From Neoechinorhynchus agilis (Eukaryota; Animalia; Acanthocephala): DNA of 20,239 bases. The notes beneath the pieces were generated by a model. It was given only the letters and a program-made list of their open reading frames with translations. It did not search any database and was not told the DNA's origin. Each line of letters starts with the position of its first letter. The stretch's first letter is position 1. Location of the stretch: positions 1-20,239 of the forward strand of contig JBMGUZ010000050.1 of NCBI GenBank assembly GCA_051530055.1, read 5' to 3'. Made by a program: the position numbers and the translations under genes. This document shows, piece after piece, positions 7,903 through 19,243 of the stretch.

Positions 7903-8349
7903 GCATAAACATTAGATTTTTTCGAGAACGGGCAGAGCTGTATTGGAATTTAAGTGGAGCAGGAAAATATAAAGGACATAAAAAATCCCGAATCGTACAA
8001 GACTTAAGGATTAATCCCAAATACTTGGCTTCTACCGAGATCGTTGATAAATTGATTTTGCCTCTCTTCCGCTCTGAGAAGTGAAACAAAACACTAGTCC
8101 TTAAACGGTAAAGTTGCCTGATATCTTCGAATTATTGGCAGACCTTTAATGGTTGAGTTTTTGGTGATTTTACAAAGATTCCCTTTCGTATTTGAATTAA
8201 GTGGTTACTCAGATAAATTTCTAACAACGTCAATCTTTTCTGTCACCTATTTTTAATCCTTTGTGCTAAGTAATCCAACTGTCCCTTGCCTAAGACTAAT
8301 GGACGACTGAGCATTTTTAGCCTATTGTCGTTTTTATGATTAACATTAG

Positions 8350-10832
8350 CTGAGAAGTGCATCTTGTTTATTAGTTAACCTTTAAGAACATTAACTGAAA
8401 CTTTCTAGAAAAGCTTAAAAGTCTTCAACATTTTTTGCGAGGACTATCGCTCCAATTGGAAGACATCGATCGCTTAACCTTGTGATGGATTTTCATTTGC
8501 GCTACGCGAGAACGTCTCAAAGTTGCATCCCTCATCCTTCCACAAAATAAACTATATTTTTTGTTTCATGTCACTTGATGATATTTCTTTATTTAGCCGA
8601 AAACTCAGTATCATACACATACCACGGCGTCCCGGTGGTTCCACGGTCGTTCCGCAATGGCAGCGATGGGATGTTCACATCGGTACCCGAAGTCTCAGGG
8701 ACACTGCAATCTTTACTGTCTCCTCGGATGGAAGGGTACCCACAGAAACGATTAGGATAGCGTTGAGCTAAGCACGCGATTCTCTTGTAGAGACTGTCGC
8801 TAATCGAGTTCGGTTCACCAGGTCACGAAATTCTGACATTGAAGAGTTATGAATTCTCGTTACCAGGGGTGAGTTCCAAACTGATTGTTTGCAACCATTG
8901 ACGGGTACCTGCTCCCTGTATAAATCTCTACACCAAAGATAAAGCGCATCCACGGAATATTCATCCAAAGTGTAATTCTCGCCAAAAACGGATTTAACTA
9001 CTTTGCGGCTTGCTTCATACGATCCCAAATAAGCTAGCAGAGAAATATCGGGTGCTCTTCGGATACCCAAGCTGCCGGACGACACAGGCAAGGAGGCTTG
9101 ACGCCTGGCCCCGCCCGACAGCTCAGTATTTAAAATTTTCTCGAGAGAGGCCTTCATCGTCGTGTCTAATTTTGCCAGCTTGTCCCTATGTTTAAAAAAA
9201 GATGCAGTGCGCAGCTTATACCGCAGTTTTTTTGAATGAAGAGGGTGTTTTTTATGAGGAACAGAGTCTCATGTGAAGATAATTCATCAACTCGTTCGAA
9301 CAGTACCGAAAGTTTCGGTTGAAGATTGACAATCATTGTTTCAACATTAGAACCAAAATACAGCCGCCTAGAAGACTCAACAGGTCTAGAGTGATCAATT
9401 CTATCATGCGGGCCAGGTTCTGAAAACCTTTATGGATAGTTTGCCTGCACGCCTCATCTTCCATATTCATCACTAAAATATCACATTTCGCAGCATTCAA
9501 TTTAATGAAAATTTTTAGCCGTCTCCTTCACGAATGTCTCCCAATTGCGCAGTACAACAGAGGGGTTACCTCCGAGCGTGGCATTGTCCAGGTAGCAGCC
9601 GTTAAAACTGGATTGGAGAGAGTGCGTGACTGGATTGACTGCGAGTGAGAAGGTCAATGGGCCCAGAGGATCCCGATGTTGAACTCATCTTTTTGACCAC
9701 AAAACGTGGTTATTGAACAACAAGGGAGTTGGCGTCCCATAAGCATTAACGAAATAGGGAAATGCTTCTGGTGCGTGATCTCTGACTATTTCGAGCAAAT
9801 CTACTCGGTGAACTGTATTGAAAGCGTTTAAAAAAATTACATTTCAAGATCACAAACGGCTTTGAGTTTTCGGTGCTGAACGTGTGGAGTAAATGAACTA
9901 TCGCTCCTGGTCCACAAGGTGAACAGCAGCTCAACTCAGTCGAACGAAGTCTCGTTCCTACTTTTTCCGCGATCCTTTTATTTACAATTTTTGCTGTTGA
10001 GCGGCGCAGAGTTGTTAGAATTGCAATGGTGCGAATCAAACAATCCCTTTTCGTGAGTGCACATAGCGATGTTCCCAAAAATAGTCCAATTGCTTTCAGA
10101 ATCAATTCTCCCATTGCAAATTGGTACGTGCCAATGCATCTTAAAGGGACTGAGCAGCGCTACCTACTGAAAAAGAAGTCACATGCTTGAGATGTTGGTG
10201 GTGGAGTCCGTCTAGCTCGTGAGTTGATCCGTTATCAAATCAGGAGATTACCGTCTTCAATTCTGATTTCGATGATAAAATATAAGGGATCTTAACAATA
10301 GAGGAGGATTCCACGAATTACAGCTGATCGCCGTCACTGGGAGGCTTGGAACGAAGAATTCGTAAAGTTTCTTCGTTATCTTTGGTTAGACTGTCCATTG
10401 ATGATAAAAGGCGATCTGCTCTTCGGACATCTCCCCGTCTACTAACTTCGAAGAAACGCGCTCAGCAAGCCGCGGATTTTACTTTCATTGATGGTCAGCC
10501 TTCTGGACACACTCCGTACGTAGTTCGCATGCTGCCGAAAGGCATTAAGATTTTAATCAAAAGAAATTATTCGCTACCCGTGAATGCCTTCAAACGCTAA
10601 TTTATTGAATTTAATCGTTGAAACGATTCCAAGCTGAAACATCGAGCATTACTCGGTACATCTTTTCTAGGTGTGAATAATGAATAAAACCTGTCGTGTG
10701 TTTGTCCGAGCATTCAATTAATTCCCAGTAACTCAAAATTTACTGATGATTGGAAACAAGACGAAAGGAAAGAAATCTGATAATTTCCTTGTGATAGCCG
10801 AGGACCGGAATTTTCGAGATGGTTATCCCTTT
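8350..10832 (-). mobile_element. CRE-clade element, subfamily B, heavily decayed; catalytic YLDD reads YLDN
   Basis: Pieces collinear with CRE-A: EIIRFL, LAERVSSKL, GTSLCALTKRD, RDPLGP...CYLDNATLGG, RRQASLPVSSGSLG and HRCHCG. The 3' limit (about 8350) rests on weak RLE similarity and is approximate. Confidence 0.88.
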
Positions 10833-11299
10833 TGTGCAATTTTTCGACTTTTGTGACGCTTCTCGCGACGAAAATCCGACATTTTCAACGAATTAATAGT
10901 TTTTGTGTTATAATTGTTTAGTTGTTTTGGCTTTTTGCATTACCTTCTTAAATTTATATAAAATTCATAGCTCGATTGTCGAAAACTGCGATTGTACCCA
11001 AAATTGTGTATCTCTTTAATTGAATCGCTTGATAATTCATTTTTTTAGGCAAAATGGACTTTAGTGGCTTGGTGCAATGCTCGTGCGCGGTTTAAACGGT
11101 TTTTGATAAAGTTGATCTCGACCCGTCATGAGTTTTTTGATAAACAAAAATATACAATAAATGTTTGTTGTTTGCCTTCAAAACTCCAAACAATAAGAAA
11201 AACATATTTGTACGGAAAATGTTTGTAGTGTTAAACGAATGTGATTTAAGAATATCCTGCACCCATCCTAAACTCCGACAGATTGATCGATAACGCCTA

Positions 11300-12219
11300 A
11301 TGAATCCTACAAAGTTCAAAGCATTGAGTATCGCAACTGCGATTTTGTTCTTTGCAAGTTCAATCTTAAGTTGGGCCTCACTGTGCAGCAATCATCCATG
11401 GTCACGAGTTCCGGATGCGAAAATCACCATCAGAATCTCCGGACATTCATCCATGTCTCCGATTTATTTCCTTCTCATTGAAGGTGAGTTTCCTTCTTGT
11501 TTCTTTTATAAAATCGCTTTCGTTAGGAGGACTAATGCGCACATTGCTGCTTATGAGCGCAGGAATCGAAACTGCGGCTTTTCTCATGGCCGTGTCTCAT
11601 TTTCTATGCCAAGGACGAGTTCGCATATTGTGGCTGCAACTTTCCTCTGTTTTTGGACAAATCTCTTGTAAGTGTCGCCTACTATTGTAAATATTCTTGA
11701 TATTCGTCTTTAGTGACCTGTCAACAAGTGGGAATCGGGTTGTTTGCTTTCTACATCAAAGAGAAGGGTCATCGATTTTGCTACCCATTTTATTTGGCGA
11801 TTGCAAGCTGCCTTTTCTCGATCTTAGCCTTTGTAGTCTCCCAAACAGTGACGTATATTCTCGGCACGAATATTCTCAGATTGTTTGACGATGGATTTAC
11901 TGAGATACGGCCAAAGTATCTGCAGCGCAGCGGGTAAGAAATGATCAATTTCTATTAAGTATAATTCAATTATTTAAATTTAAGTGCTTTAAAAGCGAAT
12001 CCTGTAGTTAATCCATTCGCCAAGGTGGAGAAATCATCAGAAGAGTTTTCTGAGACGCATGTTCCTCCACTGAAATATTTCTCAGATGAAGAAGCCTTTC
12101 AACTTAATCAATTAGACAACCACTCTGGCTCAATAAAAACGGATTCCCTTCATTCGGAGAGGTCTATGGATACGCCACGATCAGACATAGGCGATCCACT
12201 TCTATATGATCGAATGTAG
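11300..12219 (+). CDS. Four-exon, 259-aa four-TM protein, claudin/PMP22-superfamily-like; exons 11300-11483, 11527-11667, 11714-11933, 11985-12219
   Basis: Three GT-AG introns of 43, 46 and 51 nt join four ORF-track fragments into one 780-nt frame. TM1 is followed by S..W, there is a C(Y)PFYLA motif before TM4, and the tail is long and polar. The canonical W-GLW-C-C signature is absent. Without intron 3 the protein would end QRSG* at 11937. Confidence 0.8.
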
Positions 12220-12428
12220 CTTCGGGGAAAGTGTTCAGCCTTTCATTAGCTCCAAATTAACCAAAATTAATTATTATTTACTTAATAAATCGGTTAACCT
12301 TTATGACAGGTGAGCTCAGTCGTGATTTTAAGAAAATGTCGAAATTCGATGGTTTTGCCGAAATTCCAAATTACGTCACAATGTGTTCAAATCGCCTACA
12401 ATCGACGCTGCGGACGCAGATAATTTGA

Positions 12429-13363
12429 ACACCACTCATCGATCACGTTCAACCTGAGAAGACCAACGCTGCCGGGCTCCCACGCGTCTCTACTGGTTTG
12501 TGTCCGGTTTGCGGTAGGTCTTTTAAATTAACCAATCTGGGGGTTTTGTTTGTCCATGGTCCCCGGGATCTCCACTGTTGTGTCTCTGGTTCTCCACCAC
12601 AATTAACCGAACCTTTCGTGAGTGAGACCCCTCAGATCACCACTGATTCTATTTCGATACCTGATATCGTGCGGTTTCTGCCCAGGAACGTCCTGAAACG
12701 GATCCTTAAAGGCGCGCGATATCTGGTCGCCAAAGCGTTTACGGGATTGGTCAACGATTGCCTTCAAACGAACTGTGGGCCATCATGGACACGGCTCTTC
12801 GCTTTCCCGTGCTTAGTCCTCTGCACCAGCGGTGATTCTGGGGTGTCTTTGACATCAACAATCAAGGAAAGGTTAGCCTCCTTTGAACAAATATTTAACG
12901 ATTTTGAAAGGAATCTCCACGAGGTTCGTAAGGGACGCACGAAGGAAGAGTTTCGCTACCGTTTTTCAAAGCGATCACTGACTGAACGTGTCTCCTGGAA
13001 GCTTGCGGACGGAGATGTTCGGGGGGAGGGCTGTTCGGTTATTGTCATCCTCCGACAGTTTCGCAAAAGGAGACAGCGATACGCTACAAATACTCCGGTC
13101 GAAGCACCCATGTAGTAGCGGAAATTTTGAAATTTCATCTCCTCCCATACAAGACAAGACGCCCACTCAAATTTCAGAGATAAAAAAGGACATCTCAACT
13201 TTTGCAAATTGTTCGGGTCACGGGCTTGACGGACTAAGGCCTCAGCACCTAAATTACATGATGTCCTTTACAGCTGGTGAAGCAGCTCTCTCTAGGAAGT
13301 GCGCTTTCTCGAATAGTCGACCGCCTGACTGGAGAGGACCTGAACCCCGTTGCAAAGGACCTA
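12429..13363 (+). mobile_element. CRE-A 5' fragment (Zn finger to start of RT), duplicate of 3825-4755
   Basis: Near-identical to copy 1. It shares the upstream TGA and the CT-run frameshift and has an extra +1 G at about 13025. Confidence 0.92.
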
Positions 13364-14090
13364 CTTATTCATAAATGATCTTCCCAAAATTATATCGGTG
13401 CATACATTTTTAAGCGCATACAGTTCGGCATTTTCATAGATAATCCCTTTGTATTTAATGTTGGAACGGGTTATTCCGGTCGTGCTCCGTTCTATATCGC
13501 CAGAAGCTAATCTTACCGGCATTTGTCTGTATATCATTTTGAGGTTTAGTTGCTTTATGAGCTGATCATCGATGAAGCTCTGAGAACTTCCAGTATCGAA
13601 CAGAACAGAAAAATTGTCTTTGTTATTTATTGTGATTGTTTGCGAAGTTCGACGATAATCATTTTCAATTGCTAGTAACGAGATAAGCGGCTATCTTTGA
13701 CATGGACCTGCATACTCCTGAGTAATGGCCAATCTTCTGGCATTTGTTACATTTGGAATCTTTTGCAGGGCATATTGATCTGGCATGGCGTCTATTCCCA
13801 CAGAAAAAACACGCTTGTTTGTTTTAATTGGCTGCTAGACATTCAGGAACTTTGGTTCGATGGTTGTTAAGTGATTCCGTAATTTCGTTTTGAATACGGT
13901 TGCAATGGTTGGTTTCATTTTTTTCGATGTAATTGTATTGATTGGTATTGAAATAGCGGCAATCGGCTTCAGCTTGTTCTATAATATATGCCTGCTGAAT
14001 CGTTTCCTCTAAGGATATAATCGCTATTTCGGGCAGCTTTTGTCTCATTTTGTCGGAGCATAGCCCAGCAATTAATGACTCCCTTATTGC
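13364..14090 (-). mobile_element. Ty3/gypsy LTR retrotransposon gag-protease relic
   Basis: IRESLIAGLCSDKMRQKL (gag), double knuckle CFFCGNRRHARSICPAKDSKCNKCQKIGHYSGVC (about 13811-13709), protease LFDTGSS (about 13600) and DIILGRSFM. Confidence 0.9.
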
Positions 14091-14094
14091 TTAT

Positions 14095-14800
14095 GTCCTT
14101 AAAGATGTTCATCAGAGCATTTCGGTATTGTTCGGATGATGTACTACACAAATATGAACCGAATTGGATCTACAACAAACTAAAAGTGTGTACCCGAGGA
14201 GGTCATTAAGAAATGTATGAGGGAGGCTCGATATGTTCCTCTGGTGAGAACATTCAATCAGGAGGAAAAGAAGCAATTTATCGGGACACCATTCATCAAT
14301 GATAGTTGGAATGCAAAAATAGACACCCTGATCAAACGAATCGATGGGGACAAAGTGTTCACTATGTATAGTAGGAAGGGCAGAACTCTCCAAGGAATTC
14401 TCGGACCGAAGAATGAGGATGTTCCTGCTGGATGTGTCTATAGATTCCATATTCGAATTGCAGTCTGTCATATGTGGGACAAACGAACAATCTATAAACT
14501 GAAGGACTGATGAGCGCAGAAGAGCAGCTATCAAAAAGTTGGATGTGAACTCGGCGATAGCTTCCCACATCAATGGTAGTGGGCATGAAATCAGTTTTGA
14601 TGGCGTCGAGGTTCTGGCGAGGAGTGTCGTAAGACGCGACAGAGTGACTATGGAAGCCATCATTATCACGCAAACGGATACTTTTGTTGGTAACAAAGCT
14701 GACTACAAACTCAGTCTGCGAGTCGCACCGGATAAACTATTTGACCATGCTTCTTTTAAATTGTAGATTGACTCAAGAAAGCCAACCAAAAGGCCGAAAA
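14095..14800 (+). mobile_element. Penelope-like element 3' relic: RT thumb, GIY-YIG endonuclease and a degenerate hammerhead-like terminus
   Basis: MFIRAFRYCSD, GCVYRF...YVGQT (frameshifted), SAIASHINGSGHEISFDGVEVLAR, then CTCAAGA-AAGCC-AACCAAAA-GGCC-GAAA at 14772-14800, just after the TAG. Confidence 0.85.
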
Positions 14801-14849
14801 TTTTCAAGATAAATCTATTTTTTGAATCAAACATCGCTGATTGAAACTG

Positions 14850-15392
14850 AAGTTAATCAACAATCGCCTCGGCGTCAGAAGGTGCGCAGCAGCCTATCTC
14901 AGTCGGACGAAGCTTCGTGCCCACAATTATCGCAATGCTTCTGTTTAAAATTTTTGCTGCTAAGCGGCGCAGAGTTGTTCCAATTGCGATGAGACGAACC
15001 CCACCATCCTTTTTCGCTAGGACACACAAAGATGCGCCGAAAAATAGCTCGATTGCTTTCAGAATCAATTCTCCCCCAGTAAATTGGCCGACTAAGCGTA
15101 CCAATGCATCTTTGATGGACTGAGCAGCTCCACATACTGATTAAGAAGTCATATCTTTGAAATGTTGGTGCCGGAACCCGTCTAGCTCGTAAGTTGATCC
15201 GTTAGCAAATGAGGAGATTACCATCTTCAATTCTGATTTCGATGATAAAATATAATGGATCTTAACAATGGAATAGGATTCTACGAAATACTGCCGATAG
15301 AACTCACTGGGATGTTTGCAACGAAGAATTCGAAAAATTTCTTCGTCATCTTTGGTTAGACTGTTCATTGATGATAAAGTTGATCTGCTCAG
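14850..15392 (-). mobile_element. Additional, less decayed CRE-B paralog fragment (pre-RT to RT start)
   Basis: IFRILRCKHP...SFANGSTYELDGFRHQHFKDM...FFGASLCVLAKKDGGVRLIAIGTTLRRLAAK...AEAIVD. It clearly differs from the 9900-10390 copy. Confidence 0.88.
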
Positions 15393-16690
15393 TGTCTCCC
15401 AATTGCGCAGTACAACAGAGGGGTTACCTCCGAGCGTGGCATTGTCCAGGTAGCAGCCGTTAAAACTGGATTGGAGAGAGTGCGTGACTGGATTGACTGC
15501 GAGTGAGAAGGTCAATGGGCCCAGAGGATCCCGATGTTGAACTCATCTTTTTGACCACAAAACGTGGTTATTGAACAACAAGGGAGTTGGCGTCCCATAA
15601 GCATTAACGAAATAGGGAAATGCTTCTGGTGCGTGATCTCTAACTATTTCGAGCAAATCTACTCGGTGAACTGTATTGAAAGCGTTTAAAAAAATTACAT
15701 TTCAAGATCACAAACGGCTTTGAGTTTTCGGTGCTGAACGTGTGGAGTAAATGAACTATCGCTCCTGGTCCACAAGGTGAACAGCAGCTCAACTCAGTCG
15801 AACGAAGTCTCGTTCCTACTTTTTCCGCGATCCTTTTATTTACAATTTTTGCTGTTGAGCGGCGCAGAGTTGTTAGAATTGCAATGGTGCGAATCAAACA
15901 ATCCCTTTTCGTGAGTGCACATAGCGATGTTCCCAAAAATAGTCCAATTGCTTTCAGAATCAATTCTCCCCTTGCAAATTGGTACGTGCCAATGCATCTT
16001 AAAGGGACTGAGCAGCGCCACCTACTGAAAAAGAAGTCATATCCTTGAGATGTTGGGAGTGGAGTCCGTCAAGCTCGTGAGCTGATCCGTTATCAAATGA
16101 GGAGATTACCGTCTTCAATTCTGATTTCGATGATAAAATATAAGGGATCTTAACAATAGAGGAGGATTCCACGAATTACAGCTGATCGCCGTCACTGGGA
16201 GGCTTGGAACGAAGAATTCGAAAAATTTCTTCGTTATCTTTGGTTAGACTCTTCATCGATGATAAAAGGCGATCTGCTCTTCGGACATCTCCCCGTTTAC
16301 TAACTTCGAAGAAACGCGCTCAGCAAGCCGCGGATTTTACTTTCATTGATGGTCAGCCTTCTGGACACACTCCGTACGTAGTTCGCATGCTGCCGAAAGG
16401 CATTAAGATTTTAATCAAAAGAAATTATTCGCTAACCGTAAATGCCTTCAAACGCTAATTTATTGAATTTAATCGTTAAAACGATCCCAAGCTGAAACAT
16501 CGAGCATTACTCCGTACATCTTTTCTAGGTGTGAATAATGAATAAAACCTGTTGTGTGTTTGTCAGTGCATTCAATTAATTCCCAGTAACTCAAAATTTA
16601 CCGATGATTGGAAACAAGTCGAAAGGAAAGAAATCTGATAATTTCCTTGTGATATCCGAGGACCGGAATTTTCGAGATTGTTATCCCTTT
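15393..16690 (-). mobile_element. 1298-bp direct duplicate of the CRE-B segment 9535-10832
   Basis: Same length, near-identical sequence and shared lesions; ORF-track entries 9746..10114 / 15640..15963 and 10346..10600 / 16204..16458 match. Confidence 0.93.
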
Positions 16691-17705
16691 GAGGCGTGGC
16701 GACAAGCTTCTTTGCCTGTGTCATCTGGGGATTGGGGATTCGGGCACTAGTGGACCTTGCTTTGCCGGCCTTTCTTGGGTCGTTTGAGGGGAGCCTACCA
16801 GTATTGAAGAAAATTTTGAAGGAAAAGTTCTGTCTTGACCGGGATTTCGTGGTGGCGGTTGAGGAATGGTGCCAGCAGACAGGCGCTAACCATGTTCTCG
16901 TGAATGGCCTCAGACAGTCGATCTGGGACGGACCTATCGTCGCGAGAGCTCACAGCTCTCTTCTTTCAGGTTCTCGCGATGGGGTCGTCCGAGCTAGACT
17001 GTTGGCAGTTTCAACACGAGAATCTGGGGCGTGGTTGGAGGCTGTTCCTCTGGCATCTGTGGGAACTCTTCTTACTGACGAGGTAACGAGGATCGCAGTA
17101 TCCTTAAGACTTGGTCTCCCGATATGCACGCCCCATCGCTGTCGATGTGGGTCTTTGGTTGATGCTTTCGGGCGACACGGTCTCGTCTGCAGAAGGTCAG
17201 CAGGAAGGTTTTCACGCCATTCTGAAATCAATAACGCAATTTCTCGGGCGTTGAGAACGGCGAACTTCCCGAACATCCTGGAACCCGCCCACCTTTGTCG
17301 ACTAGACGGCCGTAGGCCCGATGAAATTTCGGTCTTCCCGTGGCGGGAGGGCAAATGCCTTCTCTGGGACGCCACGTGTGTGGACACCCTCGCAGCCAGC
17401 AACATCCCCTACTCCCTCGAAATCGCTGGTGGAGCAAGGACTCACTATTTTGTCCCCTTTGGGGTAGAGACGTATGGAGCGCTCGGCAGCTCGGCACTCT
17501 CCTCCAGTATGTCTCGAAGAAATTGATAGAGGCAACCGGAGACTCAAGAGCAGGCGTATTCCTTCGACAAAATATCTCGCTGGCAGTACAACGAGGCAAT
17601 GCTGCCAGCGTGATGGCGACGTTCGAGGAAGGACAAAAGCTGGAATTTGGCGGGAGGTGGTGAGTGTGCTTCAAACAGATTGTTTGAATTGTTAAAAATA
17701 TATTA
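16690..17705 (+). mobile_element. CRE-A 3' fragment (post-RT, Zn knuckle, RLE), corresponding to 5721-6746
   Basis: Intact CTPHRCRCG...HGLVC knuckle. It has a 48-bp in-frame deletion of ASAAEGRKIRKYIQLS and a 4-bp deletion at about 17500, and shares the 3' end up to AAAAATATATTA. Confidence 0.93.
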
Positions 17706-18069
17706 CGTTCTTATCGAAAAAAATCTGTCTATTCTAATAAACTTTCTATGTACACTTTACATTGCATACTACACATTTTAAAATATCAGCGTGTTTATAA
17801 TAACGAATCTGAATTTTTAGGGAAGCTCACAAAGGTGGCACATTTCTTGGCCTTTTTAATTATTTTTTTCAAATTTATGGGTTGATAAAATTCGTTGAGG
17901 AAATATGGAAGTCAATTTCTAGTTTTATTATAATCACGATCAATGTTTTTCGTTGTATCAAAGAATTATTGAACCTTTTCCAATCGCAATTCTTTAATAG
18001 TTTTAAAAAGTTCATAATTTCTTTGCATAACCTTCAGAATCTTTAAGCAGAAATCATTTACACCACCGC

Positions 18070-18480
18070 TCTGGATCACTCACCTGCCTTCCTGGTGTAA
18101 CGGTCGAAAGGACGGATGCAGCGTTCCCGCGTGTTTTGTAGGAGGAATACTCCTGATCTCGAATCGTTAATGATTCGTCTCAATCTCTTGGACAATTGGT
18201 TGACCAGGTCCTGCATTGCGGTACCAAACGACCCGAATGCCTCGACACCAAAGGAACAAAATAATGATTTCGACAAAAGTCAATGTATTTTGTCCTTTGG
18301 CTTTTCTCAGCGACGGACTGTGGTAGACAAAAAATTTAGGTCACAGCACGGTTGACTTTAGTAAAATTGTTGTGATCAAGAGCGAATGAGCGCATTTTTG
18401 TCGTTTTCGGAAATGCAACATTCGGTAGTGCTTGCTAAGTGGTTCTCAGTGACCTGAAGATGCTGATTATCGGTGCGGCC
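18070..18480 (-). mobile_element. Old CRE 3' end relic (third subfamily)
   Basis: FCSFGVEAFGSFG...LSKRL...DSRSGVFL and RGNAASVL match the CRE RLE C-terminus. The 5' limit is approximate. Confidence 0.75.
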
Positions 18481-18998
18481 GCTGTAGGTCTCTCAATTTT
18501 AACCCCAAAAATGTGAAATTGCAGCCTTGAATGTTAGCGAGCTTCTTCATTTCGATCGTTCTGGGAATCCTATCGATAAATATGAACCTGCTTGCTCTTC
18601 TGCGCAATTGCACTCTTAAATGAAATGTCGAAAGCGATATTAATAAGGAGCCTGCAAAACTAGAGTTGATCTGCAAGCGGACAGTTTATCTCGAAATACA
18701 TGAACCTATATTCCTTATCGAGAACTGCTTGTAACACCTTAAATTACTACATAAATCGAGAGCTGCCTTCTTTTTCGAGCTTTCGGCGACCTTGGTAAAG
18801 CTGACACATTGATTTGGCAGGGAATATTTCCACTTTGAATACAGCATGGAGTCTTACTGGTTTACTTTTCAAAATATTACTGAGTATATTTTACATTCAA
18901 TTAAGTCAGAGTTGTACTTCAAGCATAATTAATAATGTTAATTTAGTAATCAATTGGCATGCAAACACATTAAATTAGACATTAAAATTTTCTGAATG

Positions 18999-19059
18999 CT
19001 GATTGGATGCAAAGATTAAGCGCGCCAAAAATTTGCGATTTTTCATGATTTCTAATTGG
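18999..19059. promoter_or_regulatory. E2F-like site flanked by two inverted CCAAT boxes
   Basis: CTGATTGG (18999-19006), GCGCGCCAAAA (19020-19030) and ATTGG (19055-19059) in AT-rich DNA. No target gene identified. Confidence 0.35.
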
Positions 19060-19243
19060 TTAAATAGAGCAGCAAAATACTATATATGAATTTATTTTCA
19101 AATTAGCGAACGATTGCTTCGAAGCAACTAAAGTATTTTTAAAAGTGCTTAGACATTCCAAATCATATTGATATGAAATTCTTATTCGATGGACACGATT
19201 ACGATGAAGAATAAAAAAACTGCAATAATTTATTTTTATTACG

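Noticed and set aside
7914-8082. Possible extra exon after PTRHD1 (FFRERAELYWNLSG...)
   Set aside because: No in-phase donor was found, no homology was recognised, and PTRHD1 already ends at its expected C-terminus.
10743-10766. Hammerhead-like CTGATGA-TTG-GAAA-CAA-GAC-GAAA (also at about 16602)
   Set aside because: Three extra bases sit between stem II and GAAA, there is no stem III or GUH site, it lies antisense within CRE-B coding sequence, and the duplicate reads CCGATGA.
19114-19127. Perfect 14-bp palindrome TTGCTTCGAAGCAA
   Set aside because: A single short palindrome of this size can arise by chance in 20 kb, and nothing in the context supports a function.
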